NCBI GenBank assembly: GCA_963845065.1
Contig: CAWJQQ010000001.1
Span: 928,001 to 992,000 of the forward strand
Length of the DNA: 64,000 nucleotides
From: Nitrospirota bacterium
GTDB lineage: Bacteria > Nitrospirota > UBA9217
Reading direction: 5' to 3'
Positions 42,029 to 52,791 of this stretch are shown one piece after another. Numbering within the stretch: position 1 is the first letter of the stretch; every line of letters begins with the position of its first letter. The notes below the pieces were generated by a model. That model was not told where the DNA came from and searched no databases. It was given only the letters and a program-made list of their open reading frames with translations. The position numbers and the translations under genes were made by a program.

Positions 42029-43270
42029 TTATTTTCGAAAGCGTTTAAAGATCAGGCAGGCATTGGTGCCACCGAAACCGAAGGAATTCGACATAGCCAC
42101 ATCTACCTGTATGTGTCGCGCTTTATTGGGGATATAATCCAAATCGCACTCTGGATCGGGGTTATCGAGGTTTATGGTTGGCGGCAGGACGCCGCGGTCC
42201 AAGGATAGGATGGAAATAACGGCTTCGACACCTCCGGCAGCACCGAGCAAGTGGCCAGTCATGGATTTCGTGGAGCTTATCGGTATCTTGTAGGCATAGT
42301 CGCCGAAGATAGTCTTAATGGCAATGCTTTCGATCTCGTCGCCAAACTTAGTTGAGGTACCATGCGCATTGATGTATCCCATTTCCTTGGGGGTTATACC
42401 TGCATCCTTGATGGCTAGTTTCATACACCGTGCGGCCCCTTCGCCGTTAGGCGCCGGGGCGGTTATATGGTAGGCATCTCCCGAAGCGCCGTAACCGATC
42501 GCTTCCGCAAAGATGCGAGCACCGCGCGCTACTGCCGACACCATCTCTTCGAGGATCACCACACCGGAGCCTTCTCCCATGATGAACCCATCGCGATCGG
42601 TGTCGAAGGGCCGGCTTGCTCGCTGGGGTTCATTATTTCGAGTTGACAGGGCCTTCATGGCATTGAATCCACCGACGCCAAGCGGGCAGATACAGGATTC
42701 AGTGCCGCCGGCGATCATGGCATCGGCGTCTCCGCGCTCGATGGTCCTAAACGCCTCGCCTATGGAGTGGGTTCCTGTTGCGCATGCCGAGACTACACAG
42801 AAGTTAGGACCTTTGGCTCCGTACCGGATAGAGAGCATCCCCGCCGCTTCATTGATGATCAGCATGGGGATGAAGAAGGGGGTTATCTTTCGATATCCCC
42901 GCTCGAGGTAGACTTTGTAGTACTTTTCAATGGCAGGGAGTCCTCCCATTCCCGCGCTGACCATAACACCGACTCGTTCAGCATTTTCCTCGGTGATCTT
43001 GAGACCCGCAGAGTCCATGGCCATCTGGCTTGCGGCTATCGCCAGATGAATAAAGCGATCCATTTTTTTAATCTCTTTCAGATCGATAAACTTCTCGGGC
43101 TCAAAACCGTGGATCTCGCCTGCGATTTGCGTCGGGATGGCTTTGTCATCGAATTGCGTGATAGGGCCGATGCCCGACTTGCCACTGACCAAACCTTCCC
43201 AACTAGTTTCCGTATCAAGTCCGACGGGGGTGATCATCCCGATGCCGGTGACGACAACTCTTCTTTTCAA
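42029..43270 (-). CDS. fabF: 3-oxoacyl-ACP synthase II
   Basis: [43 protein letters not shown]. Confidence 0.97.
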   Translation of the reverse strand: MKRRVVVTGIGMITPVGLDTETSWEGLVSGKSGIGPITQFDDKAIPTQIAGEIHGFEPEKFIDLKEIKKMDRFIHLAIAASQMAMDSAGLKITEENAERVGVMVSAGMGGLPAIEKYYKVYLERGYRKITPFFIPMLIINEAAGMLSIRYGAKGPNFCVVSACATGTHSIGEAFRTIERGDADAMIAGGTESCICPLGVGGFNAMKALSTRNNEPQRASRPFDTDRDGFIMGEGSGVVILEEMVSAVARGARIFAEAIGYGASGDAYHITAPAPNGEGAARCMKLAIKDAGITPKEMGYINAHGTSTKFGDEIESIAIKTIFGDYAYKIPISSTKSMTGHLLGAAGGVEAVISILSLDRGVLPPTINLDNPDPECDLDYIPNKARHIQVDVAMSNSFGFGGTNACLIFKRFRK

Positions 43271-43395
43271 AAGAGGGTCCCTCCTGGATAAAAATCCGAA
43301 AAGCCAAAAAACCAGCCCCCGCTCGAGCGGAAGAGGTCTTCTGGCTTTTGGAATTATGGTTCCGTGAACTACTTGCCTTTTTTTGGGGAACGCCG

Positions 43396-43680
<285 letters not shown>

Positions 43681-43711
43681 CTATTCTGCATCGTGATACT
43701 CAATTACTCGT

Positions 43712-44452
43712 TTACATGTACATTCCGCCATTTACGTGGATGACCTGGCCCGTGATATACGACGCCCACGGCGAAGCGAGAAACCTGACGGCGTTCGCCA
43801 CATCCTCAGGCGTGCCGAGCTTACCCATGGGAATCTGCTTCATCAGATCCTGTCTGATGTTTTCGGATAGGGCCTGGGTCATGGCTGTATCGATGAATCC
43901 TGGGGCAACGGCATTTGCCGTAATACCGCGGTTTGCATATTCACGGGCAATAGTCTTAGTCAATCCGATGAGGCCAGCCTTGGAGGCTACATAATTAGCT
44001 TGACCCGCATTCCCCATCGCACCAACGATTGAAGCAATATTGATGATGGTTCCTGTCCGCTGTTTAGACATGTACTTAAGTGCGGCTTTTGTACAGAGGA
44101 ATGAACCTTTCAGATTGATGCTGAGCACCAAGTCCCAATCCTCGTCCTTCATGCGGAGGATGAGACCATCGCGGGTGATACCCGCATTATTTACCAGGAT
44201 ATCAATTTTGCCAAACTTCTCAACTACCTTGTCGATCATAGCTGTGACATCGGCAGAAGCGGCCACGTTCGCCTTAAGTGCTAGCGATTTTCTGCCCGTT
44301 TTCTCGATATCGTTGGCGGTTATCTGCGCAGCATCGAGGTTCACGTCACAGATGGCGACATCGGCACCATCGTTCGCAAGAGCAAGGGCTATATTCCTTC
44401 CGATACCCTGGGCAGCTCCGGTTACGAGAGCGATTTTGCCAGATATACTCAT
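43712..44452 (-). CDS. fabG: 3-oxoacyl-ACP reductase
   Basis: TGAAQGIG, NNAGITRD, GQANYVASK, VNGGM. Confidence 0.96.
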   Translation of the reverse strand: MSISGKIALVTGAAQGIGRNIALALANDGADVAICDVNLDAAQITANDIEKTGRKSLALKANVAASADVTAMIDKVVEKFGKIDILVNNAGITRDGLILRMKDEDWDLVLSINLKGSFLCTKAALKYMSKQRTGTIINIASIVGAMGNAGQANYVASKAGLIGLTKTIAREYANRGITANAVAPGFIDTAMTQALSENIRQDLMKQIPMGKLGTPEDVANAVRFLASPWASYITGQVIHVNGGMYM

Positions 44453-44580
44453 GAACTCCTCCAAAGGCGCTTAAAAAAGCTAGTCATGCTGCTTGCAGTG
44501 CCGCAGAGATCGGAAAGGATGACGTACGATCTGAATCCATTTCTTTGGTGATCTTTTGTGTCGTTGCAAGAACTTTGCAG

Positions 44581-45512
44581 TTATATTCCCAGTGTGGTGA
44601 GTGTCTCGTTCATGCTCTTCTGGTCCTCGACGTTAAGAACCTTTGATTCTTTTGAGATCCGTCTGATCAGACCCGATAGAACCTTGCCGGGGCCGATTTC
44701 AATAAAGGTATCGCATCCATCAGTAGCAATCATGCTGATAGAGTCTTCCCAGTATAGTCGAGCACTGAGCTGTTTGACGATCGACAGCCTCAGTTCGGAT
44801 GCTATGCGCAAGTACTTGGCATCGGCGTTGTTCACTATCGGGAAATTTAGGTCGTGAATAGTTATTTTCTCCAGTTCTCGCGCAAGTGCAATGCCAGCCT
44901 GTTTCATCATTGGGCAGTGCGATGGAACGCTTGCTGCGAGAGGTATGACCTTTCTCGCACCCCTGGATTTTGCAAGTTCCCTTGCCCTTTCGACAGCAGT
45001 TTTTCGCCGGCAATAACAATTTGGCCCGGAGAGTTGTAATTGGCAGGGGCAACTATACCATTATTGGCAGCTTCAAGGCAAGTTTTTTCTACGTCCTTCC
45101 GGTCCATGCCGAGAATCGCAGCCATGAGTCCCGATCCAGCGGGCACTGCTTCCTGCATGAATCGTCCCCTTTTTTGGACGAGCACGACAGAATCTTTGAG
45201 CTCGAAGCCATCTGTCGCAGTGATTTCCGTATATCCACCAAGGCTGTGGCCGGCGTCTACAGATGCTGTCAACCCTCTACGCACAAGAGGCTGAAGGATT
45301 GCCATACTCGCGGCCAAAATGGCTGGCTTCGTGTTCTCAGTGAGGTTCAGCTTTTCGACCGGACCGTTTATGCAAAGGCTCGCAAGATCATACCCAAGCG
45401 CGGTATTTGCTCTGTCGAAAACCTCTTTCGATTCCGGAAAATTCTCTATAAATTCTTTAGCCATCCCAACATATTGGGAACCTTGACCGGGAAAGATGAA
45501 CGCAATTTTCAT
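44581..45512 (-). pseudogene. fabD: Malonyl-CoA:ACP transacylase, frameshifted
   Basis: FPGQGSQ, GHSLG, ANYNSPGQ in one frame; PSHCPMM and EIGPGKVLSGL in another; adding one base to the T5 run at 45000-45004 restores the frame. Confidence 0.85.
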
Positions 45513-45625
45513 GAAGCATGACCTCGAATAATTCTCAACGCAGTTCTAATATAAAAAAGATAAGAGGCGATCGATATAAACCCATATTTTGGCGTTAATC
45601 AGCGCACAGAAGGGCTTTTGTTCAG

Positions 45626-46822
45626 TTATCCGCGTATTTCCCTGATCTTTTTGATCATTATCGGGACAACTTCGTGTACATCACCGACGATGCCATACGT
45701 TGCGACGTTAAAAATGGGCGCGTTAGGATCCTTGTTGATGGCCACAATCACCTCTGAAGATTGCATGCCAGCAACGTGCTGGACAGCACCGGATATCCCG
45801 CAGGCAATGTAGAGTTTGGGACAAACAGTTTTGCCGGTCTGACCTACCTGATGGGGATAAGGGACCCATCCTTCGTCAACGGCACCTCTCGTTGCAGCGA
45901 CTGCGCCGCCGAGCACCTTGGCTAGTTCTGCTATAAGCACGAAGTTCTTTGCGCTGCCCAAACCACGGCCTCCGGCTACGATAATATCGGCTTCGCATAT
46001 GTTCACCGTCTCACCGATCTCTTCCACGGTCTTGATAACTTTGGTGCGAGGATTTCCGGATTGAGTGTATCGCACATCGATGACGTCTCCGGTCCTAGAG
46101 TCATTGCGTGGAACAGGTTTCATGACCTTGTGTCTGACCGTTGCCATCTGCGGACGGTGGTTCGGGGTGACAATGGTGGCCATGATGTTTCCGCCGAAGG
46201 CTGGACGGGTCTGATGCAAGTAGCCGTTTTCCGCTTCGATATCGAGGGCCGTACAATCGGCAGTCAATCCGGTATTCAATGATGACGCAACTTTGGGGAA
46301 GAAGGAGCGGCCAATGGCCGTAGCACCGGCCAGGATAACCTCTGGCTTATGTTGTTTCGCAAGCGTCGTCAGGACCGCAGCATAGGAATCGTCGTTGAAA
46401 TCCTTGAGTGCTGGGTCGTCGGCGACATAGACGATATCTGCACCGTGGGCGATGAGATCCGGGACCTTATCCTTGATGCCATGGCCGATGAATACGGCGG
46501 AGAGCTTGGTTTTCTTTTTGTCGGCGAGCTTCCTGCCCTCACCGAGGAGCTCCAGGGCCACGCTGGCAATCCCCCCTTTGTGTTGCTCTGCAAAAACCCA
46601 CACTCCCTTATAGGCCGATAGATCAACGGCAGCCGTCGTTGATTCGTCGATTTTTTCGATTGCTTTGAATTCGCAAACTTCAACGCAGGCCCCGCACATG
46701 GTACAAGCCTCAGTAATGAATGCCTTGCCGTCGCGCATTTCGATTGCACCAAAGGGGCAAGCGGTCACACAGGTTTCACAGCATGTACATTTATCGGATA
46801 AGACTCGAACACTCACGGGCAC
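45626..46822 (-). CDS. etfA: Electron transfer flavoprotein alpha subunit with N-terminal 2x[4Fe-4S] ferredoxin domain
   Basis: CTCCETCVTACP and CTMCGACVEVC; GLTADCT, TRPAFGGN, QVGQTGKTV.P.LYIACGISGAVQH. Confidence 0.93.
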   Translation of the reverse strand: MPVSVRVLSDKCTCCETCVTACPFGAIEMRDGKAFITEACTMCGACVEVCEFKAIEKIDESTTAAVDLSAYKGVWVFAEQHKGGIASVALELLGEGRKLADKKKTKLSAVFIGHGIKDKVPDLIAHGADIVYVADDPALKDFNDDSYAAVLTTLAKQHKPEVILAGATAIGRSFFPKVASSLNTGLTADCTALDIEAENGYLHQTRPAFGGNIMATIVTPNHRPQMATVRHKVMKPVPRNDSRTGDVIDVRYTQSGNPRTKVIKTVEEIGETVNICEADIIVAGGRGLGSAKNFVLIAELAKVLGGAVAATRGAVDEGWVPYPHQVGQTGKTVCPKLYIACGISGAVQHVAGMQSSEVIVAINKDPNAPIFNVATYGIVGDVHEVVPIMIKKIREIRG

Positions 46823-46925
46823 TCCTTGAGTCAGAGCAGATGCTAGAGGGCAGATGACAGACTTGCGATAGTTATGCTAAAATCTCGGTTTCATCTGGTT
46901 TCTGATATCTGGCATTTGCATCTGT

Positions 46926-47711
46926 TTAAATAAACGATTGCTCTTTCAACTTTGTAACGATAGTAGTGATTTGGTCTTCCATACTCCCGGTCAGAACCTC
47001 TCGCTGGCCACGGGCTATGGGCGGAAATATTTTTACGACCTTTGTAGGAGAACCCTTGAGCCCGCATTTACTGTCATCGGCGCCGATATCCTTGGCGTTC
47101 CAGCTTGTTACCTTCAGGTTTTTGGCTTTAATCTTTCCTTTGAGAGAAGGGACTCGGGGTTGATTGATTTCTTTTACAACCGTAATGAGTGCGGGCAGGG
47201 ACGTTTCGACGACATCATAACCCTCGTCCATAAGACGTTCAGCCAACATCTTTTTGCCTTCGATCTGTTCGATCTTCTTTGTATAAGCGATAAAGGGAAT
47301 GCCAAGCATATCAGCGGTCTCAGGGCCCACCTGCGCTGTGTCTCCGTCGATCGCTTGTTTGCCGGCAATGATCAGGTCATATTCTGCGATTTTCTTGATT
47401 CCCTGCGAAATGGCGTATGAAGTGGCCCATGTATCCGCACCGGCAAAGGCCCGGTCGGAGAGCAGCACGACGTCATCTACACCGAGCGAAACGGCCTCTT
47501 TGAGCGCCTCAGCGGCCTGAGGTGGGCCCATGGTGATGGCTGTAACCTTGCCGCCATGTTTTTCACGAAGACGGAGAGCCTCTTCAATGGCATACATATC
47601 AAATGGATTGATGATGCTCGGAACTCCATCACGGATAAGGGTATTGGTTTCTCGGTTGATTTTAACTTCTGATGTGTCCGGAACTTGTTTCACCAGGACG
47701 ATGATGTTCAT
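46926..47711 (-). CDS. etfB: Electron transfer flavoprotein beta subunit
   Basis: VKQVPDT, INPFD, FAGADTWAT, GKQAIDGDTAQVGP, GLKGSPT. Confidence 0.95.
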   Translation of the reverse strand: MNIIVLVKQVPDTSEVKINRETNTLIRDGVPSIINPFDMYAIEEALRLREKHGGKVTAITMGPPQAAEALKEAVSLGVDDVVLLSDRAFAGADTWATSYAISQGIKKIAEYDLIIAGKQAIDGDTAQVGPETADMLGIPFIAYTKKIEQIEGKKMLAERLMDEGYDVVETSLPALITVVKEINQPRVPSLKGKIKAKNLKVTSWNAKDIGADDSKCGLKGSPTKVVKIFPPIARGQREVLTGSMEDQITTIVTKLKEQSFI

Positions 47712-47785
47712 AGATCCCATCCTACTTAACACGAAGGCGTTAAAATACGCATGAGTTTTCTGCGTTGTGATTTTGCGAAGAATTA

Positions 47786-48943
47786 TTACTTGACTCTTGA
47801 TGCTTCCTTGATCATGTCCAAAGCGACGACATTGCGCTGGATCTGGTTCGTGCCCTCATAAATTTGGAGGATCTTGGCATCGCGCATCATTTTTTCGACC
47901 GGGTACTCCTTCATATATCCCGATCCGCCCATGACCTGGACCGCATCGGTAGTGACTTTCATCGCCACGTCGGTGGCAAATAGCTTGGCCATAGCTGAGG
48001 CGCGGGAAACGTCTTTTGCACCGCTGTCGATAAAGCGCGCGACGGAATAGACGAGAGAGCGTGCTGCTTCGGTTTGGGTTTGCATGTCGGCAAGCATGTG
48101 CTGGACGGCCTGGAACGATGTGATCGGCTGGCCGAACTGGACTCGATGTTTTGCAAATTTGATCGCTTCGTCAATGGCTCCCTGCGCAACACCTACGCCT
48201 TGGGCACCCACACCAGTTCGGGAGCTATCGAGAGTCTTCATGGCGACAATGAACCCCATGCCTTCCTTGGCGATAATATTTTCCTTCGGGATGCGGCAAT
48301 TGTTGAAAATAAGTTCCGTGGTAGAAGAAGCGCGAATGCCCATTTTGTTTTCCTTCTTACCGAAAGTAAATCCAGGTGTGCCTTTTTCCACGATAAATGC
48401 CGATGCGCCACGCGGACCTTTTGACCTGTCGGTGATTGCAATGACGGTGTAAATATCGGCTTCACCACCATTCGTGATCCACTGCTTGGTGCCGTTCAGC
48501 ACGTACTCGCTCCCATCGAGCTTTGCTGTGGTCTGTACGCCGCTAGCGTCGCTGCCAGCGTTGGCCTCCGTGAGTCCAAAGGCTACGAGTTTTTTACCAG
48601 TTGCGATGTGGGGCAGATATCTTTTCTTCTGGGAATCGGAGCCGTGTATCAGGATAGGATACGTACCGAGCGCGTTGGCGGCATAGCTCGTCGAAACGCC
48701 CACGCAGGCCTTGGAGAGCTCTTCAACTGCGATACACAGTTCGAGCGATTGTTTGCCCAACCCGCCGTATTCCTCAGGAATGAAGATACCGAAGAGGTCG
48801 GCCTGAGCTAACGCCTTCATGATGTCTGTAGGAAATTTGTTCTGTTCATCGAGCTCGGCGCGAACGGGAACGATCTTTTCTACGGCTATCTGCCGGGCAA
48901 GGTCGCGAATCATGATCTGTTCTTCTGTCAGCAAATAGTCCAT
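47786..48943 (-). CDS. Acyl-CoA dehydrogenase (butyryl-CoA dehydrogenase-like)
   Basis: FGLTEANAGSD, LNGTKQWITNG, KMGIRAS, RVQFG, GGSGY..EYPVE..MRDAKILQIYEGTNQIQR; GGAGGA RBS. Confidence 0.93.
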   Translation of the reverse strand: MDYLLTEEQIMIRDLARQIAVEKIVPVRAELDEQNKFPTDIMKALAQADLFGIFIPEEYGGLGKQSLELCIAVEELSKACVGVSTSYAANALGTYPILIHGSDSQKKRYLPHIATGKKLVAFGLTEANAGSDASGVQTTAKLDGSEYVLNGTKQWITNGGEADIYTVIAITDRSKGPRGASAFIVEKGTPGFTFGKKENKMGIRASSTTELIFNNCRIPKENIIAKEGMGFIVAMKTLDSSRTGVGAQGVGVAQGAIDEAIKFAKHRVQFGQPITSFQAVQHMLADMQTQTEAARSLVYSVARFIDSGAKDVSRASAMAKLFATDVAMKVTTDAVQVMGGSGYMKEYPVEKMMRDAKILQIYEGTNQIQRNVVALDMIKEASRVK

Positions 48944-48999
48944 TGAATCCTCCGCACTGTACCAACAATAAATAATCTCAATGATATTCACATTTCGTG

Positions 49000-49980
49000 C
49001 TACCAACGAACAAGAGCTGAAGCCCACGTCAATCCTCCACCAAAAGCTTCAAAGAGGAGGAGATGATTTTCTTTAATTTTTCCGCTACGGACCGCTTCAT
49101 CGAGGGCCATGGGGATGGAAGCGGCAGAAGTATTGCCATATTTCGGAAGCGTCAACACAACTTTCTCCATGGGCATATTAAGACGTTGTGCCATGGCCTG
49201 GATGATTCTCAGATTCGCTTGGTGGGGAACGAGGAAATCGATCTCTTCCGCTTTTACCTTGTTATACTCCAGTGCTTCCTGTACAACACCCTCCAGCGCC
49301 CTCACCGCAGCTTTAAATGTTTCATTGCCTTTCATTTTTATGAAATGCATACGTTTATGGATTGTTTCGTGAGACGTCGGGTACTGGGCTCCACCGCCGG
49401 GGACATGGATCAGGTCCCCTTGTGAACCGTCGGAATGGATGTGAGTGGAGAGAATGCCGCGCTTGCCCGTATGCCGTTGGATAACTGCCGCGCCTGCGCC
49501 GTCTCCGAAGAGGATGCAGGTCGAGCGATCCTCCCAGTCCGTATAACGAGACAGGACCTCGGCTCCGACAAGCAGAATATTTTTAAACATTTCAGATTTG
49601 ATGTATGCGCTAGCAATGGACATCCCGTAGATAAAGCCTGAACAGGCCGCGTAAATATCGAAGGCTGCAGCTTTTTTGGCTCCGAGTTTTTCCTGGAGCA
49701 CGCAACCCAAGCTCGGCAGGATCATGTCCGGCGTCATGGTTGCTACCAAAATAAGATCGATTTCTTCAACGCCGACCCCCGCGGCTTTGAGGGCTCTTTT
49801 GCTCGCTTCATAGGCAAGATCCGATGTGGTCTGTCCCTTTTCCACGACCCTGCGCTCTTTAATGCCTGTTCGGTCGGTGATCCACTCGTCGGTGGTATCA
49901 ATAAGCTTTTCCAGGTCCTGGTTCGTGATGGTTTTTTTGGGCGCAAAGGATCCTGTTCCTGTTATTCGTGCGTGAATCAT
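49000..49980 (-). CDS. fabH: 3-oxoacyl-ACP synthase III
   Basis: AACSGF, LFGDGAGA, PHQANLRI, YGNTSAAS, FGGGLTW. Confidence 0.97.
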   Translation of the reverse strand: MIHARITGTGSFAPKKTITNQDLEKLIDTTDEWITDRTGIKERRVVEKGQTTSDLAYEASKRALKAAGVGVEEIDLILVATMTPDMILPSLGCVLQEKLGAKKAAAFDIYAACSGFIYGMSIASAYIKSEMFKNILLVGAEVLSRYTDWEDRSTCILFGDGAGAAVIQRHTGKRGILSTHIHSDGSQGDLIHVPGGGAQYPTSHETIHKRMHFIKMKGNETFKAAVRALEGVVQEALEYNKVKAEEIDFLVPHQANLRIIQAMAQRLNMPMEKVVLTLPKYGNTSAASIPMALDEAVRSGKIKENHLLLFEAFGGGLTWASALVRW

Positions 49981-50990
49981 TTAGTTCTCGTTAGCTCCAT
50001 ATTCTTTTCAATGTCTTCATGGATGTGTTTATTTACGTCGCTCTTTGCAAGCTCAGTGGCGACACGAATCGCATTCTTAATCGCCCGGTCAGACGAGCGG
50101 CCGTGGCTGATGATGCTGATACCATTGATACCCACAAGTGGCGCACCGCCGTATTCGGCATAGTCGACCCGGCGTTTGAGTGAATCGAACGCCGGCCGCA
50201 TTAGAAGATAACCGAGTTTTCGCATCAGATTCTTGCCGATACCCTCTCGGATAAAGAGACCGATGGCTTCGGCAACAGATTCGGAAACTTTGAGCACGAC
50301 ATTCCCGACAAATCCGTCGCAGACGATAACATCGGCGTTGCCGGACATGACATCTCGCCCCTCGACATTGCCGATAAAATTAAGCGAGGTCTCGGTCAGG
50401 AGCTTGAAAGCTTCCTTGGTTAATTCATTCCCTTTAGTTTCCTCTTCCCCTATTGAAAGGAGCCCAACACGGGGATTGGGAATTCTTAACAGATACTTCG
50501 CGTAGACTTCGCCCATAACGGCGAATTGCAAGAGGTTGTTCGGCTTGCAGTCTACATTCGCGCCCATATCGAGGATTATGGACGTGCCTTTGATGGTCGG
50601 CATGAAGATAGCAATGGCCGGCCGTTCCACGCCCTCCATCGACCCCAGAACAAAGAGCGACGTTGCCATGGCGGCGCCGGTATGTCCCGCGCTAATCACA
50701 GCCACCGCCTCTCCGTTTTTGACTAGTTCATTGGCCACACGGATGGACGAATTTTTTTTCCTGCGAAAGACCGTAGCAGGGGAATCGAGCATGTCCACGA
50801 CTTCAGTAGCATTTTGAATCTCTATGGGAAGCGATTTTGCCTGAGGGTACTTATCTAACTCATCTCTGACAAGCTGCTCGATGCCGACCAGGATTATTCC
50901 TACTCCGTGCGCCATTGCTGCCTGCACAGCCCCTGCGATGATCGCATGCGGTGCGTTATCCCCCCCCATTGCATCAACGGCAATCTTCAT
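49977..50990 (-). CDS. plsX: Phosphate acyltransferase PlsX
   Basis: IAVDAMGGD, SAGHTGA, GANVD, CDGFVGN, HGRS. Confidence 0.97.
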   Translation of the reverse strand: MKIAVDAMGGDNAPHAIIAGAVQAAMAHGVGIILVGIEQLVRDELDKYPQAKSLPIEIQNATEVVDMLDSPATVFRRKKNSSIRVANELVKNGEAVAVISAGHTGAAMATSLFVLGSMEGVERPAIAIFMPTIKGTSIILDMGANVDCKPNNLLQFAVMGEVYAKYLLRIPNPRVGLLSIGEEETKGNELTKEAFKLLTETSLNFIGNVEGRDVMSGNADVIVCDGFVGNVVLKVSESVAEAIGLFIREGIGKNLMRKLGYLLMRPAFDSLKRRVDYAEYGGAPLVGINGISIISHGRSSDRAIKNAIRVATELAKSDVNKHIHEDIEKNMELTRTK

Positions 50991-51010
50991 ACAGACTCCC
51001 TACAATATAA

Positions 51011-51054
51011 AAGGCAAAGGGTCATACGGAAAAACAGTACCATCCCTTTGCCTT
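51011..51054 (-). terminator. Hairpin/terminator between rpmF and plsX
   Basis: AAGGCAAAGGG / CCCTTTGCCTT 11-bp stem with a short U tract on the minus strand. Confidence 0.55.
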
Positions 51055-51069
51055 CGAGCATGCCTCTGA

Positions 51070-51255
51070 TTATATCTGCTGAACAGTCAGGATCTCACGG
51101 CCTTTATAGGTGCCGCAGGACATACAGGCATGATGCGGCTGTTTGACTTCCTGACATTGTGGGCACACTGTCAGGTTCGGAGCCATGAGTTTTTGTTTTT
51201 GTGTGCGTCTCTTGTCCCTGCGTGACTTGGAATGTCTGTGTTTTGGGTTTGCCAT
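51070..51255 (-). CDS. rpmF: 50S ribosomal protein L32
   Basis: MANPKHRHSKSRRDKRR...CPQC...HHACMSCGTY. Confidence 0.96.
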   Translation of the reverse strand: MANPKHRHSKSRRDKRRTQKQKLMAPNLTVCPQCQEVKQPHHACMSCGTYKGREILTVQQI

Positions 51256-51272
51256 TTTTTGTAACGCTCCTT

Positions 51273-51788
51273 CTATTTTTTTAGCAAATCTTTCAAAGCG
51301 GCAAAGGATCCGAAATCTCCCGGCCCATTCCGCTGGTGACCGCATTGTGTTTTGTTTAGATCCGCTCCACAGACGCTGCAGAGCCCCTTGCATTCAGTAT
51401 CGTGAAGCGGGACCAAGGGGATGGCGATGAGTATTTGTTCCTTTATAAACTCGATAGGCTCGATTTCATCGCCTTGATAGAACTCTATATCAAGTTCTCC
51501 CGAAACAAGTTCATGCTCCGGTCCCGTGGAAAGCGAATTGACAGGGGCAAGATCAACGTTCAAGTCGATGTCTATTTTAAAAGGAAAACCTGTCAGACAA
51601 CGGCTGCATTCAAGAATGGCAATTGCATGTATTTGACCTGAAACATGGAGGATGCCCTTACCTTCCGGTTTGACCTGCAGAATGGCATTAAACTCAGCGA
51701 AGTCAGTGCCCTTATCGAACAAATCGAGTTCCTGTGCAAGCTTCAGGCTAAGCCCCTCCGGCGGTATGTCATTGATTTTGATAGCCAT
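51273..51788 (-). CDS. DUF177/YceD family protein
   Basis: ECSRCL, CKGLCSVCGADLN, FAALKDL; directly upstream of rpmF. Confidence 0.92.
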   Translation of the reverse strand: MAIKINDIPPEGLSLKLAQELDLFDKGTDFAEFNAILQVKPEGKGILHVSGQIHAIAILECSRCLTGFPFKIDIDLNVDLAPVNSLSTGPEHELVSGELDIEFYQGDEIEPIEFIKEQILIAIPLVPLHDTECKGLCSVCGADLNKTQCGHQRNGPGDFGSFAALKDLLKK

Positions 51789-52791
51789 TTCTTTTTTCAA
51801 CCGGAGCTGTAAGATTGGAATTATATATAGACAGCCATGTTTTGTCAAGAAAAAATACCATTATTTGTCTCGAAACGTGATAACAGCATTGTGCTTGGAT
51901 CAGGTTTTGTTCCGAGTACGTCTCCCAGACCATTCTACTCGGTTTTAGTGGAATGCAGGATGTAACAATTGGCTCAATAGTTTTTTACTAACTCACCGTG
52001 AAAAGCTACATGTCTTAACTATGGGGAAGAGATTAAAAGTGGCAAATGCGCGTATCCATAAAAATAGCTTAATCGACTTGCTGAAACGAGGGAGATTTAA
52101 CTAAAATTTAATCTTATCCAAACTCGGGAGGCACTCAATGAGAACAAAATCTTTCTTCTGCTCAATATTTGGAGTGTCTTCGTTTTTTTTGTCAGCACAA
52201 CTAAGGTTGTGCCTCAATCTATAAGTATTTAGATAGGGAGGGTTTTATCAGTTTTACAAATAATCTCCAATTCATTCCTGACAAGTACCGTGCGAGCGCA
52301 AATGTAGTGAGTGACGGTACAGATTAGGAGAACCACTAATAGATTGAAAACGAGCAAATATCAAGACGGCCGACAAGAAATCACGGGCATACCCCGGGGC
52401 TGGAATATAATTAAGGTAGTCGATGCTCGGGATGAAAATAGTTTTTCAATGTCGCATGCTTCTTACGTTGATTGTAGTTAGTGCTGGCTTCGTTTTCATT
52501 ATCATGGGGATTATTGAGACAGATCACAAAAAAAAACGGTTGCAAAAGTTCGTAAAGCTCTCTCGTTAACTGTAACACTCTTTTTTCTCGTCACTTATGC
52601 AGGGGATGCGGTCATATGATTCGAACTGTCGTCGGTGCTATCCGATGTTGTGAAGCATCAGCGAGGGAAGGAACGCTGCTAAAGCGGTAAAAGCCATGAG
52701 TACATAGTACATTTGTAGAACAGGTCGGGGAGACTTCCTGACCGATCGAAGCAATGCAAGAGAATAAATAATAGTATATATACATGCTTTA

